DNA of 64,000 bases from Escherichia coli. GTDB taxonomy: Bacteria; Pseudomonadota; Gammaproteobacteria; Enterobacterales; Enterobacteriaceae. Positions 50,970 to 63,508 of this stretch are shown in pieces (within the stretch, counting starts at the first letter, position 1; each line of letters begins with the position of its first letter). The stretch lies in the NCBI RefSeq assembly GCF_003334815.1, contig NZ_QOWO01000017.1. One strand, 5' to 3'. The notes beneath the pieces were generated by a model. The model made no database searches, was not told the origin of the DNA, and saw only the letters and a list, made by a program, of their open reading frames with translations. Position numbers and translations under genes: made by a program.

Positions 50970-52334
50970 ATGTCCACAATTACATTGTTATGCATTGCGT
51001 TAACTGGCGTAATCATGCTGTTGCTGCTGGTCATCAAGGCAAAGGTACAACCATTCGTTGCTCTGCTCCTCGTCAGCCTGTTAGTCGCACTTGCGGCGGG
51101 TATACCGGCGGGCGAAGTGGGTAAAGTGATGATCGCCGGGATGGGCGGTGTGCTTGGTTCCGTCACTATTATTATTGGTCTGGGCGCTATGCTGGGGCGT
51201 ATGATCGAACACTCTGGTGGTGCAGAGTCACTGGCTAATTATTTCAGTCGCAAGTTAGGTGACAAACGAACTATCGCTGCGCTGACTCTGGCAGCGTTCT
51301 TCCTCGGTATTCCCGTCTTCTTTGATGTCGGCTTTATTATTCTTGCGCCAATCATTTACGGTTTTGCCAAGGTTGCCAAAATATCGCCACTCAAATTTGG
51401 CCTGCCTGTCGCTGGGATCATGCTCACTGTTCACGTGGCGGTACCGCCGCATCCAGGCCCTGTCGCCGCAGCGGGGTTACTCCACGCAGACATCGGCTGG
51501 CTAACCATCATCGGTATTGCGATTTCTATTCCCGTAGGGGTTGTTGGCTACTTTGCAGCGAAAATAATCAATAAGCGCCAATATGCGATGTCAGTAGAAG
51601 TACTGGAACAGATGCAACTGGCTCCGGCCAGTGAGGAAGGCGCGACAAAATTAAGCGATAAAATAAATCCACCGGGCGTCGCGCTGGTCACCTCGCTAAT
51701 TGTTATTCCTATCGCGATTATCATGGCGGGTACGGTTTCCGCAACACTGATGCCGCCTTCGCATCCCCTGCTTGGTACGCTACAGCTGATCGGCTCACCA
51801 ATGGTAGCTCTAATGATTGCGCTGGTGCTGGCATTCTGGTTATTGGCTTTACGTCGCGGCTGGAGCTTACAACACACCAGCGACATTATGGGCTCAGCGC
51901 TTCCTACTGCGGCGGTAGTGATTTTGGTTACTGGTGCTGGAGGGGTATTTGGCAAAGTGCTGGTGGAATCGGGCGTCGGCAAAGCCCTTGCCAACATGCT
52001 ACAAATGATTGACCTGCCTCTGTTACCAGCCGCATTTATTATTTCACTGGCGCTGCGTGCATCGCAGGGGTCAGCAACCGTAGCAATACTGACAACCGGC
52101 GGGTTACTCTCAGAAGCGGTGATGGGATTGAATCCGATTCAGTGCGTATTGGTGACGCTGGCAGCCTGCTTTGGTGGGCTTGGTGCGTCACATATTAATG
52201 ACTCAGGGTTCTGGATTGTGACCAAATATCTGGGGTTATCGGTAGCAGACGGTCTGAAAACCTGGACAGTGTTAACGACCATTCTCGGTTTTACCGGATT
52301 CTTAATTACCTGGTGCGTATGGGCGGTAATTTGA
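50970..52334 (+). CDS. ygbN: GntP-family acid sugar permease YgbN
   Basis: 454 aa polytopic membrane protein recognised as YgbN. Confidence 0.9.
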   Translation: MSTITLLCIALTGVIMLLLLVIKAKVQPFVALLLVSLLVALAAGIPAGEVGKVMIAGMGGVLGSVTIIIGLGAMLGRMIEHSGGAESLANYFSRKLGDKRTIAALTLAAFFLGIPVFFDVGFIILAPIIYGFAKVAKISPLKFGLPVAGIMLTVHVAVPPHPGPVAAAGLLHADIGWLTIIGIAISIPVGVVGYFAAKIINKRQYAMSVEVLEQMQLAPASEEGATKLSDKINPPGVALVTSLIVIPIAIIMAGTVSATLMPPSHPLLGTLQLIGSPMVALMIALVLAFWLLALRRGWSLQHTSDIMGSALPTAAVVILVTGAGGVFGKVLVESGVGKALANMLQMIDLPLLPAAFIISLALRASQGSATVAILTTGGLLSEAVMGLNPIQCVLVTLAACFGGLGASHINDSGFWIVTKYLGLSVADGLKTWTVLTTILGFTGFLITWCVWAVI

Positions 52335-52341
52335 CCTTAAT

Positions 52342-52371
52342 AAAAAGGTCCGATGGGCATCGGACCTTTTA
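52342..52371. terminator. Bidirectional terminator hairpin between ygbN and rpoS
   Basis: Stem ggtccgatg/catcggacc flanked by an A-tract and a T-tract. Confidence 0.65.
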
Positions 52372-52381
52372 TTGTGCACAG

Positions 52382-52412
52382 AAAAGGCCAGCCTCGCTTG
52401 AGACTGGCCTTT
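52382..52412 (-). terminator. rpoS rho-independent terminator
   Basis: Minus strand reads GGCCAG-loop-CTGGCC followed by TTTTC, 16 nt after the rpoS stop. Confidence 0.65.
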
Positions 52413-52427
52413 CTGACAGATGCTTAC

Positions 52428-53420
52428 TTACTCGCGGAACAGCGCTTCGATATTCAGCCCCTGCGTTTGCAGGATTTCACGCAAACGGCGCAGGCCTTCA
52501 ACCTGAATCTGGCGAACACGTTCACGGGTGAGGCCAATTTCACGACCTACATCTTCCAGTGTTGCCGCTTCGTACCCCAGCAAACCGAATCGACGTGCCA
52601 GCACTTCACGCTGTTTGGCGTTCAGCTCGAACAGCCATTTGACGATGCTCTGCTTCATATCGTCATCTTGCGTGGTATCTTCCGGACCGTTCTATTTTTC
52701 ATCGGCCAGGATGTCCAGCAACGCTTTTTCGGAATCACCACCCAGCGGGGTGTCTACCGAGGTAATGCGCTCGTTAAGACGAAGCATACGGCTGACGTCA
52801 TCAACTGGCTTATCCAGTTGCTCTGCGATCTCTTCCGCACTTGGTTCATGGTCCAGCTTATGGGACAACTCACGTGCGGTTCGCAGGTAAACGTTCAGCT
52901 CCTTTACGATGTGAATCGGCAAACGAATAGTACGGGTTTGGTTCATAATCGCCCGTTCAATCGTCTGGCGAATCCACCAGGTTGCGTATGTTGAGAAGCG
53001 GAAACCACGTTCCGGGTCAAACTTCTCTACCGCGCGGATCAGCCCCAGGTTGCCCTCTTCGATAAGGTCCAGCAACGCCAGACCACGATTGCCATAACGG
53101 CGGGCAATTTTTACCACCAGACGCAAGTTACTCTCGATCATCCGGCGGCGAGAGGCGACATCTCCACGCAGTGCGCGACGCGCAAAATAAACTTCTTCTT
53201 CGGCCGTTAACAGTGGTGAATAACCAATCTCACCAAGGTAAAGCTGAGTCGCGTCCAACACACGCTGTGTGGCTCCCTGCGATAACAGTTCCTCTTCGGC
53301 CAAATCGTTATCACTGGGTTCCTCTTCTACTAAGGCCTTTTCGTCAAAAACCTCAACTCCGTTCTCATCAAATTCCGCATCTTCATTTAAATCATGAACT
53401 TTCAGCGTATTCTGACTCAT
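52428..53420 (-). pseudogene. rpoS: RNA polymerase sigma factor RpoS interrupted by an in-frame amber codon at Glu243 (TAG at 52692..52694); predicted product is residues 1-242
   Basis: N-terminal ORF (start [11 protein letters not shown] at 53420) ends ...LDILADEK-stop; the same frame continues [19 protein letters not shown]... to the normal C-terminus ...NIEALFRE. Confidence 0.9.
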
Positions 53421-53482
53421 AAGGTGGCTCCTACCCGTGATCCCTTGACGGAACATTCAAGCAAAAGCCTGGTTCCGCCGAT

Positions 53483-54622
53483 TTATCGCTGCGGCAAATA
53501 ACGCAGCGGGTTTACGGATTTCCCCTTGTAACGAATTTCAAAATGCAAGCGTGTTGAACTGGTTCCGGTGCTACCCATGGTTGCTATTTTTTGCCCCGCC
53601 TTCACTTCTTGTTGTTCCCGGACCAGCATTGTGTCGTTATGGGCGTAGGCACTCAGGTAATCATCATTATGTTTGATGATAATCAGATTACCGTAGCCGC
53701 GCAGCGCGTTACCAGCATAAACAACGCGGCCATCTGCGGTCGCGATAATTGCCTGTCCTTTGCTGCCTGCGATATCAATCCCCTTGTTGCCCCCCTCAGA
53801 AGCGCCAAAGGTTTCGATCACTTTGCCCTCAGTCGGCCAGCGCCAGGTGGAGATAGGCGTACTGGTTGATGTACTGCTGACAGTTGGCTCGGTTGTGCTT
53901 GCTGTTGGTACCGTTACAGGCGCTGTGACCGTGGTCGCAGCTGGCTTGTTGTTCGGCAACATTTTGTTAGCACTCTGTTCACCCGAAGATTCAGAATACG
54001 TAATTGTCGGTTGCGACGCAACAGCAACGGTGGAATTTTGTGCAGGCTTGATCACAACTCCTTGCTCTGCTGCGTCGGCCTGGGTAATGGCATTTCCGCC
54101 AGTGATTGGCGTACCGGAAGCATTACCCACCTGCAAGGTCTGACCAACGTTCAGCGCGTATGGTGCCTGAATATTGTTGCGCTGAGCAAGGTCACGGAAA
54201 TCGTTGCCAGTAATCCAGGCGATATAGAAAAGTGTGTCGCCTTTTTTCACGGTATAGGTACTGCCGCTATAACTGCCTTTCGGAATGTTCCCATACTGAC
54301 GGTTATAGACGATGCGTCCGTTTTCCATCTGTACCGGCTGCTGAGCTACTGGCTGCACTGGCTGGATTTGCGGTTGTTGAGTAGCCTGAATTTGTGGCTG
54401 CTGTACCGGCTGAATTTGCGGTTGCTGCGCTGTAGACGTCGTCCCCATTTTCGGCGGCGGCGTAATCAACATACCAGAATTAGTATTTGCAGGCGCATTG
54501 CCATTAACGGAGCTGACCGGTGCCGGTGGATTTGAAGTGTCAGAACAGCCTGCCAGCCATAGCGAAACCAGTGACAAAGCCGCAATGCGGCGAACGGTGA
54601 ATTTTGGGCTTCCCGCGCTCAT
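53483..54622 (-). CDS. nlpD: Murein hydrolase activator lipoprotein NlpD (LysM plus degenerate M23 peptidase domain)
   Basis: 379 aa; lipobox LAGCS; Pro/Gln-rich repeat region; LysM and M23 domains. Confidence 0.95.
   Translation of the reverse strand: MSAGSPKFTVRRIAALSLVSLWLAGCSDTSNPPAPVSSVNGNAPANTNSGMLITPPPKMGTTSTAQQPQIQPVQQPQIQATQQPQIQPVQPVAQQPVQMENGRIVYNRQYGNIPKGSYSGSTYTVKKGDTLFYIAWITGNDFRDLAQRNNIQAPYALNVGQTLQVGNASGTPITGGNAITQADAAEQGVVIKPAQNSTVAVASQPTITYSESSGEQSANKMLPNNKPAATTVTAPVTVPTASTTEPTVSSTSTSTPISTWRWPTEGKVIETFGASEGGNKGIDIAGSKGQAIIATADGRVVYAGNALRGYGNLIIIKHNDDYLSAYAHNDTMLVREQQEVKAGQKIATMGSTGTSSTRLHFEIRYKGKSVNPLRYLPQR
54340..54432. repeat. Imperfect tandem repeats inside nlpD encoding the (Q)QPQIQ(P/A)V(Q) repeat
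   Basis: Repeated ctgaatttg(c/t)gg(c/t)tg(c/t)tg units on the plus strand. Confidence 0.6.
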
Positions 54623-54761
54623 TTATCCCCCAGGAAAAATTGGTTAATAACCAGTGACATAATTACCGTGCAAGGCACCCTACTGAACACTGGAAAAGAT
54701 GTTCACGATACGCTGACCTGCGGCAAAATAACCAGGAAAAATCCAGGTATTTCCTCACGTT

Positions 54762-56123
<1,362 letters not shown>

Positions 56124-56143
<20 letters not shown>

Positions 56144-57173
56144 AATCACCTGTTGTGTTGATAAGTTCCCTGACAACGCTGGTTGCAAAACTACCCGCCG
56201 GAAGCCAGAAACGGATCTCTACGGTGACGTCATCCCACCAATTCCAGCTTAATTGTTGCGGATACAGCAGCATCGCTCTGCGCGCGGCTTCAACTTTTTC
56301 GCGCACCAGTAAAGCTTGTAATTCAGTTTCTGCGGCGACAGCTGCTTGTTCGAATGCCAGCGCTTCACGCTGAGTTCCCCATTCGCCACTGCCCGGCAAT
56401 GCGGCGGTTATCATCAGCTCTTTATCGTTAACGCGACGCTGTAATTCCGCCAGTTCTTCGGTGGTTGCGACAAACCAGCTACCACGTCCGGCTAATTGTA
56501 GCGCATCGCCGTCAACAACTTGATTAACGTCTGCTTTTTTGAGGCGCTCAGCAACAATCTGATTAAACAACGCACTGCGGGCTGCCGACAACCAAAAACT
56601 CCGTTTATTGCGATCGCGCACCGGAGTATTGGTTTGCGCCCAGCGCTGCGCCCCCTGCAAGTTGCTACCGCCAATCCCAAAACGTTGGGCACCGAAGTAG
56701 TTCGGTACACCTTTTACGCAAATATCGTTCAGACGTTGTTCAACGTCATCGCGATTGCTCACTTCGCGCAGAACCAGGGTAAAGGCGTTTCCTTTCAGCG
56801 CCCCTAAACGCAGCTTGCGCTTGTGCCGCGCATACTCCAGCACCTGGCAGCCTTCCAGTTGAAAGGCGCTCAGATCGGGCATTTCCTTGCCCGGCACGCG
56901 AGCGCATAACCACTGTTCCGTAACAGCATGTTTGTCTTTTTGCCCAGCGAAGCTGACTTCACGGGCATGAATTTTCAGGAATTTCGCCAGTGCATCCGCC
57001 ACAAAACGGGTATTGCAGCCGTTTTTGAGGATTCTAACCAGAATATGCTCACCTTCACCATCAGGCTCAAAGCCCAAATCTTCCACCACCACAAAGTCTT
57101 CCGGATTGGCTTTCAGCAGCCCGGTGCCTTGCGGTTTACCGTGGAGGTAAGTGAGATTATCAAACTCAATCAT
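56124..57173 (-). CDS. truD: tRNA pseudouridine(13) synthase TruD
   Basis: 349 aa translation recognised as TruD. Confidence 0.93.
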
Positions 57174-57649
57174 TTTGTTGCCTTAATGAGTAGCGCCACC
57201 GCTTCACAGGCAATCCCTTCCCCACGTCCGGTAAATCCCAGTTTTTCCGTAGTAGTGGCTTTCACGTTAACATCATCCATATGGCAGCCGAGATCTTCGG
57301 CAATAAACACGCGCATTTGTGGAATGTGCGGCAACATCTTCGGTGCCTGAGCGATGATAGTGACATCGACGTTGCCAAGGGTATAACCCTTCGCCTGAAT
57401 ACGACGCCAGGCTTCGCGTAGCAGCTCGCGGCTATCGGCACCTTTAAATGCCGGATCGGTATCCGGGAACAGCTTGCCGATATCCCCCAGCGCCGCCGCG
57501 CCAAGCAATGCATCGGTCAACGCATGGAGCGCCACGTCGCCATCAGAATGCGCCAGCAATCCTTTTTCGTAAGGAATGCGTACGCCACCAATGATAATTG
57601 GGCCTTCACCGCCAAAGGCATGTACGTCAAAACCGTGTCCAATTCGCAT
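57170..57649 (-). CDS. ispF: 2-C-methyl-D-erythritol 2,4-cyclodiphosphate synthase
   Basis: 159 aa; [12 protein letters not shown] motif. Confidence 0.96.
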
Positions 57650-58359
57650 TATGTATTCTCCTGATGGATGGTTCGGGTGAGGTAAAACTCGGCCAGTGCC
57701 AAATCTTCCGGGCGCGTGACTTTAATGTTATCCGCACGGCCTTCGACCAACTGAGGATGGAATCCGCAATATTCCAGCGCCGAGGCTTCGTCGGTAATAG
57801 TCGCGCCTTCATTTAGAGCGCGCGTCAGACAGTCATGTAACAGCTCACGAGGGAAAAATTGCGGCGTCAGCGCGTGCCATAAGCCGTTGCGATCAACGGT
57901 ATGAGCAATGGCATTTTTGCCCGGTTCGGCACGTTTCATAGTATCGCGCACTGGTGCGGCGAGGATCCCCCCCGTGCGGCTGGTTTCGCTCAACGCCAAC
58001 AATCGCGCGAGGTCATCCTGATGCAAACAAGGACGAGCGGCGTCATGCACCAATACCCACTGCGCGTCGCCAGCGGCTTTCAGACCTGCCAGCACGGAAT
58101 CGGCACGCTCATCACCGCCATCTACAACGGTGATTTGCGGATGATTCGCCAGAGGAAGTTGTGCAAAACGGCTATCGCCAGGACTTATGGCAATGACGAC
58201 TCGTTTCACCCGGGGATGCGCCAGCAGCGCATGCACCGAGTGTTCAAGAATGGTTTGATTACCGATTGAGAGATATTGCTTAGGACATTCCGTTTGCATT
58301 CGACGGCCAAATCCGGCCGCCGGAACCACGGCGCAAACATCCAAATGAGTGGTTGCCAT
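57649..58359 (-). CDS. ispD: 2-C-methyl-D-erythritol 4-phosphate cytidylyltransferase
   Basis: 236 aa; [11 protein letters not shown] motif. Confidence 0.96.
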
Positions 58360-58377
58360 GTTAATTCCCGGGCTGAT

Positions 58378-58689
58378 TTATCGATTGTTTTGCCCCGCAG
58401 ACTGTGCGCGCTTCGACGCGTCAGGCACCAGACGATAAAAAGTTTCGCCCGGCCTGGTCATGCTGAGTTCATTACGCGCACGCTCTTCGAGCGCCTCCTG
58501 GCCGCCATTGAGATCGTCAATTTCGGCAAAAAGTTGATCGTTTCGCGCTTTAAGTTTCGCGTTTGTAGCTTGCTGTGCCGCCACATCATCATTGACGCGG
58601 GTATAGTCATGTATACCGTTCTTACCGAACCACAGCGAATACTGTAGCCAGACCAGAATAGCCAGCAACAGCAGCGTTAGTTTACCCAT
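58378..58689 (-). CDS. ftsB: Cell division protein FtsB
   Basis: 103 aa; N-terminal transmembrane segment plus coiled coil; recognised as FtsB. Confidence 0.93.
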
Positions 58690-58882
58690 CCTGCCCCCTG
58701 AAAAACGGCATCATCATCCCATGCATCCGAAGACGACTCTACATCCTCTGTTGGGGATACCGCGACAACGCGGGCAAATGTACCACATTTGTCCATTGTT
58801 ACGTATACCCAGGGCGTGCAGAACATAATCTCATTATTAGTTACGGTTTGAATTATGAACAGAGGAGACGGGAAAGTACAAA

Positions 58883-59206
58883 TTAGCCCAGTAGCCACAT
58901 AAACAGTGCGCCAAACATAATGCCTACTGTCACCAGGGTGAAAACAATACTGTAGCGTAGCTTTCCGTCCATCAATGAATGCAGCGCAATCCCCACCACT
59001 ACCGCGACGGGCATCAGCGCAAGAAAGAAAGGCCAGGTGTAGATAAAGAAGAACAGCGTGTTAGAGCCATAAATCAACATCGGCATCGCCAGCGCAAATA
59101 ACCAGGAGATAAAACCGACCACGGCACCAGGCAGTGACCATGTGGTTTCTTCATCCTCAGTAAGGCTGTCGTTATTTGTTAGTGTAATGTTATGGCTATT
59201 ACGCAT
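58883..59206 (-). CDS. ygbE: Inner membrane protein YgbE (DUF3561)
   Basis: 107 aa with predicted transmembrane segments; position upstream of cysC. Confidence 0.85.
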   Translation of the reverse strand: MRNSHNITLTNNDSLTEDEETTWSLPGAVVGFISWLFALAMPMLIYGSNTLFFFIYTWPFFLALMPVAVVVGIALHSLMDGKLRYSIVFTLVTVGIMFGALFMWLLG

Positions 59207-59255
59207 ATTTGATCCTGTTACTTTGACGAACCGGGCATGGAAACCCGGTGGTGTC

Positions 59256-59861
59256 TCAGGATCTGATAATATCGTTCTGTCTCAACAGATCTAATAATTG
59301 CTGTACCAAATTTGTTACTAATTGTTCACCATTGAGATGAATTTCTGCCGATTCAGGCGCTTCGTAAACGGAATCTATTCCCGTAAAGTAGCGCAGTTCA
59401 CCGGCACGCGCTTTCTTATATAAGCCTTTTGGATCGCGGGCTTCGCAAATCGCCAGCGGCGTATCGACAAACACTTCGATAAAGCGCCCTTCTCCTACGC
59501 GTTCACGAACCATCTGGCGTTCGGCGCGGTGTGGCGAGATAAATGCGGTCAGCACCACCAGTCCGGCTTCAACCATCAAATTCGCCACTTCACCGACGCG
59601 ACGGATATTCTCTTTACGATCGGCATCGCTAAAACCGAGATCGCTGCATAATCCGTGGCGAACATTATCGCCATCCAGCAGATACGTACTGACGCCGAGT
59701 TTATGTAACGCCTCCTCCAGCGCCCCGGCGACCGTTGATTTACCGGACCCGGAGAGGCCGGTAAACCACAGCACTACACCACGATGACCGTGGTGTAGCT
59801 CGCGTTGTTGCACAGTGACCGGATGGCTATGCCAGACGACGTTTTCGTCATGCAGCGCCAT
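59256..59861 (-). CDS. cysC: Adenylyl-sulfate kinase
   Basis: 201 aa; P-loop GLSGSGKST. Confidence 0.96.
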   Translation of the reverse strand: MALHDENVVWHSHPVTVQQRELHHGHRGVVLWFTGLSGSGKSTVAGALEEALHKLGVSTYLLDGDNVRHGLCSDLGFSDADRKENIRRVGEVANLMVEAGLVVLTAFISPHRAERQMVRERVGEGRFIEVFVDTPLAICEARDPKGLYKKARAGELRYFTGIDSVYEAPESAEIHLNGEQLVTNLVQQLLDLLRQNDIIRS

Positions 59862-61288
59862 TATTTATCCCCCAGCAAATCGCGCGCGCCCCAGTGTGGA
59901 AAGTGGCGGCGAACCAGGGCATTCAATTCCAGTTCGAATGCACTAAATTCAGATGGCGCAGCAGTTGCCTGGCTAACTGGCTCATGCACCATACCGGCAC
60001 CTACGGTCACATTGCTCAGGCGATCGATAAAAATCAGCCCACCGGTAACCGGGTTTTGCTGATAACGATCTAACACCAGTGGCTCGTCAAAAGTGAGATC
60101 CACCAGGCCGATGCCGTTCAGCGGCAGGTTTTCAACTTCGCGTTGGGTAAGGTTATTAATATCAACCTGATAACGAATGCCATCAACACGAGCACGCGTC
60201 TTCTTACCGGCAATTTTGATGTCATAACTCTGGCCCGGGGAAAGCGGCTGTTCCGCCATCCATACCACATCCACCGACGCGCTCTGCACAGCTGGTAACG
60301 CTTCGTCTGCCGCCAGCAGCAGATCGCCACGGCTGATGTCGATCTCATCCGTCAGCACCAGGGTGATCGCTTCTCCGGCAAAGGCTTCTTCGCGATCGCC
60401 ATCAAAAGTCACGATCCGGGCGACGTTTGATTCCACACCAGAGGGCAGCACTTTGACTCGTTGCCCGACTTCTACGCGACCGGATGCCAGCGTTCCGGCG
60501 TAACCACGAAAATCGAGATTCGGGCGATTAACGTACTGCACCGGGAAGCGCATTGGCTGAGCATCCACCACTCGCTGGATCTCCACGGTTTCCAGCACTT
60601 CGAGCAGTGTTGGACCGCTGTACCACGCCATACTTTCACTTTGCGAAGCCACGTTGTCGCCTTCCAGTGCAGAGAGCGGCACAAAGCGGATATCCAGATT
60701 ACCCGGCAGCTGCCCGGCAAAGGTCAGATAATCTTCACGAATACGGGTGAACGTCTTTTCACTGTAATCCACCAGATCCATTTTGTTGATCGCCACGACC
60801 AGATGTTTGATCCCCAACAGTGTGGAGATAAAACTGTGACGACGGGTTTGATCGAGCACGCCTTTACGGGCATCGATCAGTAAGATCGCCAGTTCACATG
60901 TCGATGCGCCAGTCGCCATATTGCGGGTGTACTGCTCGTGCCCTGGGGTGTCGGCGATAATAAATTTACGCTTCTCGGTAGAGAAATAGCGGTAAGCCAC
61001 GTCAATGGTGATGCCCTGTTCGCGCTCAGCTTGCAGGCCGTCCACCAGCAGTGCCAGATCCAGCTTTTCGCCCTGGGTGCCGTGACGTTTACTGTCGTTA
61101 TGCAGCGATGAGAGCTGATCTTCGTAGATTTGGCGGGTATCGTGCAGCAGGCGACCAATCAGGGTACTTTTGCCGTCATCGACGCTACCACAGGTCAGAA
61201 AACGCAGCAGGCTTTTATGTTGTTGCGCAATCATCCAGGCTTCGACGCCGCCTTCATTGGCGATTTGTTGTGCAAGTGCGGTGTTCAT
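59861..61288 (-). CDS. cysN: Sulfate adenylyltransferase subunit 1 (GTPase)
   Basis: 475 aa; GTPase motifs GSVDDGKST and DTPGH. Confidence 0.96.
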   Translation of the reverse strand: MNTALAQQIANEGGVEAWMIAQQHKSLLRFLTCGSVDDGKSTLIGRLLHDTRQIYEDQLSSLHNDSKRHGTQGEKLDLALLVDGLQAEREQGITIDVAYRYFSTEKRKFIIADTPGHEQYTRNMATGASTCELAILLIDARKGVLDQTRRHSFISTLLGIKHLVVAINKMDLVDYSEKTFTRIREDYLTFAGQLPGNLDIRFVPLSALEGDNVASQSESMAWYSGPTLLEVLETVEIQRVVDAQPMRFPVQYVNRPNLDFRGYAGTLASGRVEVGQRVKVLPSGVESNVARIVTFDGDREEAFAGEAITLVLTDEIDISRGDLLLAADEALPAVQSASVDVVWMAEQPLSPGQSYDIKIAGKKTRARVDGIRYQVDINNLTQREVENLPLNGIGLVDLTFDEPLVLDRYQQNPVTGGLIFIDRLSNVTVGAGMVHEPVSQATAAPSEFSAFELELNALVRRHFPHWGARDLLGDK

Positions 61289-61289
61289 C

Positions 61290-62198
61290 TTAAAAATACC
61301 CCTGACGTTTTTTCAGCTCCATAGACCCCGCCTGGTCGCGGTCAATCACGCGGCCCTGACGTTCACTGGTGGTAGAAACCAGCATCTCTTCGATGATCTC
61401 CGGTAGTGTTTGTGCATTTGACTCCACCGCACCGGTCAGCGGCCAGCAGCCCAGCGTACGGAAACGCACCATCCGTTTTTTAATCACTTCGCCCGGTTGC
61501 AGGTCGATACGGTTGTCATCAATCATCATCAACATACCGTCGCGTTCCAGAACCGGACGTTCCGCAGCGAGATACAGCGGCACAATGTCGATATTTTCCA
61601 GCCAGATGTATTGCCAGATATCCTGCTCGGTCCAGTTAGAGAGCGGGAAGACGCGGATGCTTTCGCCTTTGTTAATTTGCCCGTTGTAGTTGTGCCACAG
61701 CTCTGGGCGCTGATTTTTCGGATCCCAGCGATGGAAGCGGTCACGGAAAGAGTAGATTCGCTCTTTAGCGCGGGATTTCTCTTCGTCACGGCGCGCACCA
61801 CCGAAGGCGGCATCAAAACCGTATTTGTTCAGCGCCTGTTTCAGGCCTTCAGTTTTCATAATATCGGTATGTTTCGCGCTGCCGTGCACGAATGGATTAA
61901 TCCCCATCGCCACGCCTTCCGGGTTTTTATGCACCAGCAGCTCGCAGCCGTAGGCTTTCGCCGTACGATCGCGGAACTCATACATCTCGCGGAATTTCCA
62001 GCCGGTATCGACATGCAGCAACGGGAAAGGCAGCGTACCTGGATAAAACGCCTTGCGCGCCAGATGCAGCATGACGCTGGAATCTTTACCGATAGAGTAG
62101 AGCATCACCGGATTTGAGAATTCTGCCGCCACCTCGCGAATAATGTGGATGCTTTCCGCCTCCAGTTGCCGCAGGTGAGTAAGTCGTATTTGATCCAT
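61290..62198 (-). CDS. cysD: Sulfate adenylyltransferase subunit 2
   Basis: 302 aa; PAPS-reductase-like fold; recognised as CysD. Confidence 0.96.
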   Translation of the reverse strand: MDQIRLTHLRQLEAESIHIIREVAAEFSNPVMLYSIGKDSSVMLHLARKAFYPGTLPFPLLHVDTGWKFREMYEFRDRTAKAYGCELLVHKNPEGVAMGINPFVHGSAKHTDIMKTEGLKQALNKYGFDAAFGGARRDEEKSRAKERIYSFRDRFHRWDPKNQRPELWHNYNGQINKGESIRVFPLSNWTEQDIWQYIWLENIDIVPLYLAAERPVLERDGMLMMIDDNRIDLQPGEVIKKRMVRFRTLGCWPLTGAVESNAQTLPEIIEEMLVSTTSERQGRVIDRDQAGSMELKKRQGYF

Positions 62199-62449
62199 AA
62201 CCGTTCCTTTGCAATACCGCTATTTTCTTGCCATCAGATGTTTCGACTATAGGGAGCGTAAGAGAACGAATGAAATTACCAATTAGAATGAGTAGTTCCT
62301 TAACGGAATAACGATTTGGCAAAGCTAATATCAAAAAGTGCTTAAGGCACCGGATTTCGGGCGTTTAGGAAGATTTGAAATTGTTTTAGCGCAGCGGCAG
62401 TTTCATACTATGGCGGTAAAAAAATTTGCATGGTATTTAAGGACTCACT

Positions 62450-63487
62450 ATGTTTTCCGCATTGCGCCACCGTACCGCTGCCCTAGCGCTCGGCGTATGC
62501 TTTATTCTCCCCGTACACGCCTCGTCACCTAAACCTGGCGATTTTGCTAATACCCAGGCACGACATATTGCTACTTTCTTTCCGGGACGCATGACCGGAA
62601 CTCCAGCAGAAATGTTATCTGCCGATTATATTCGCCAACAGTTTCAGCAAATGGGTTATCGCAGTGATATTCGGACATTTAATAGTCGGTATATTTATAC
62701 CGCCCGCGATAATCGCAAGAACTGGCATAACGTGACAGGAAGTACGGTGATTGCCGCTCATGAAGGCAAAGCGCCGCAGCAGATCATCATTATGGCGCAT
62801 CTGGATACTTACGCCCCGCTGAGCGATGCTGACGCCGATGCCAATCTCGGCGGGCTGACGTTACAAGGAATGGATGATAACGCCGCAGGTTTAGGTGTCA
62901 TGCTGGAATTGGCAGAACGCCTGAAAAATACGCCTACCGAGTATGGTATTCGATTTGTGGCGACCAGCGGCGAAGAGGAAGGGAAATTAGGCGCTGAGAA
63001 TTTACTCAAGCGGATGAGTGACACCGAAAAGAAAAATACGCTGCTGGTGATTAATCTCGATAACTTAATTGTTGGCGATAAATTGTATTTCAACAGCGGT
63101 GTAAAAACCCCTGAAGCAGTAAGGAAATTAACGCGCGACAGGGCGCTGGCAATTGCGCGCAGTCACGGAATAGCCGCAACGACCAATCCGGGTTTGAATA
63201 AAAATTATCCGAAAGGCACTGGGTGTTGTAATGACGCAGAAATATTCGACAAAGCGGGCATTGCTGTACTTTCGGTGGAAGCGACTAACTGGAATCTTGG
63301 GAATAAGGATGGTTATCAGCAACGCGCAAAAACAGCCGCATTCCCTGCGGGAAATAGCTGGCATGACGTAAGACTGGATAATCAACAGCATATTGATAAG
63401 GCACTTCCTGGAAGAATAGAACGTCGCTGCCGTGACGTTATGCGGATAATGCTACCGTTGGTGAAGGAGCTGGCGAAGGCGTCTTGA
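62450..63487 (+). CDS. iap: Alkaline phosphatase isozyme conversion aminopeptidase (M28 family)
   Basis: 345 aa with signal peptide and M28 peptidase domain; recognised as Iap. Confidence 0.93.
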   Translation: MFSALRHRTAALALGVCFILPVHASSPKPGDFANTQARHIATFFPGRMTGTPAEMLSADYIRQQFQQMGYRSDIRTFNSRYIYTARDNRKNWHNVTGSTVIAAHEGKAPQQIIIMAHLDTYAPLSDADADANLGGLTLQGMDDNAAGLGVMLELAERLKNTPTEYGIRFVATSGEEEGKLGAENLLKRMSDTEKKNTLLVINLDNLIVGDKLYFNSGVKTPEAVRKLTRDRALAIARSHGIAATTNPGLNKNYPKGTGCCNDAEIFDKAGIAVLSVEATNWNLGNKDGYQQRAKTAAFPAGNSWHDVRLDNQQHIDKALPGRIERRCRDVMRIMLPLVKELAKAS

Positions 63488-63508
63488 TGGGTTTGAAAAT
63501 GGGAGCTG

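Noticed and set aside
58677-58898. 73 aa ORF in the ftsB-ygbE intergenic region
   Set aside because: Overlaps both flanking genes' ends, has no ribosome-binding site or recognisable features; probably spurious
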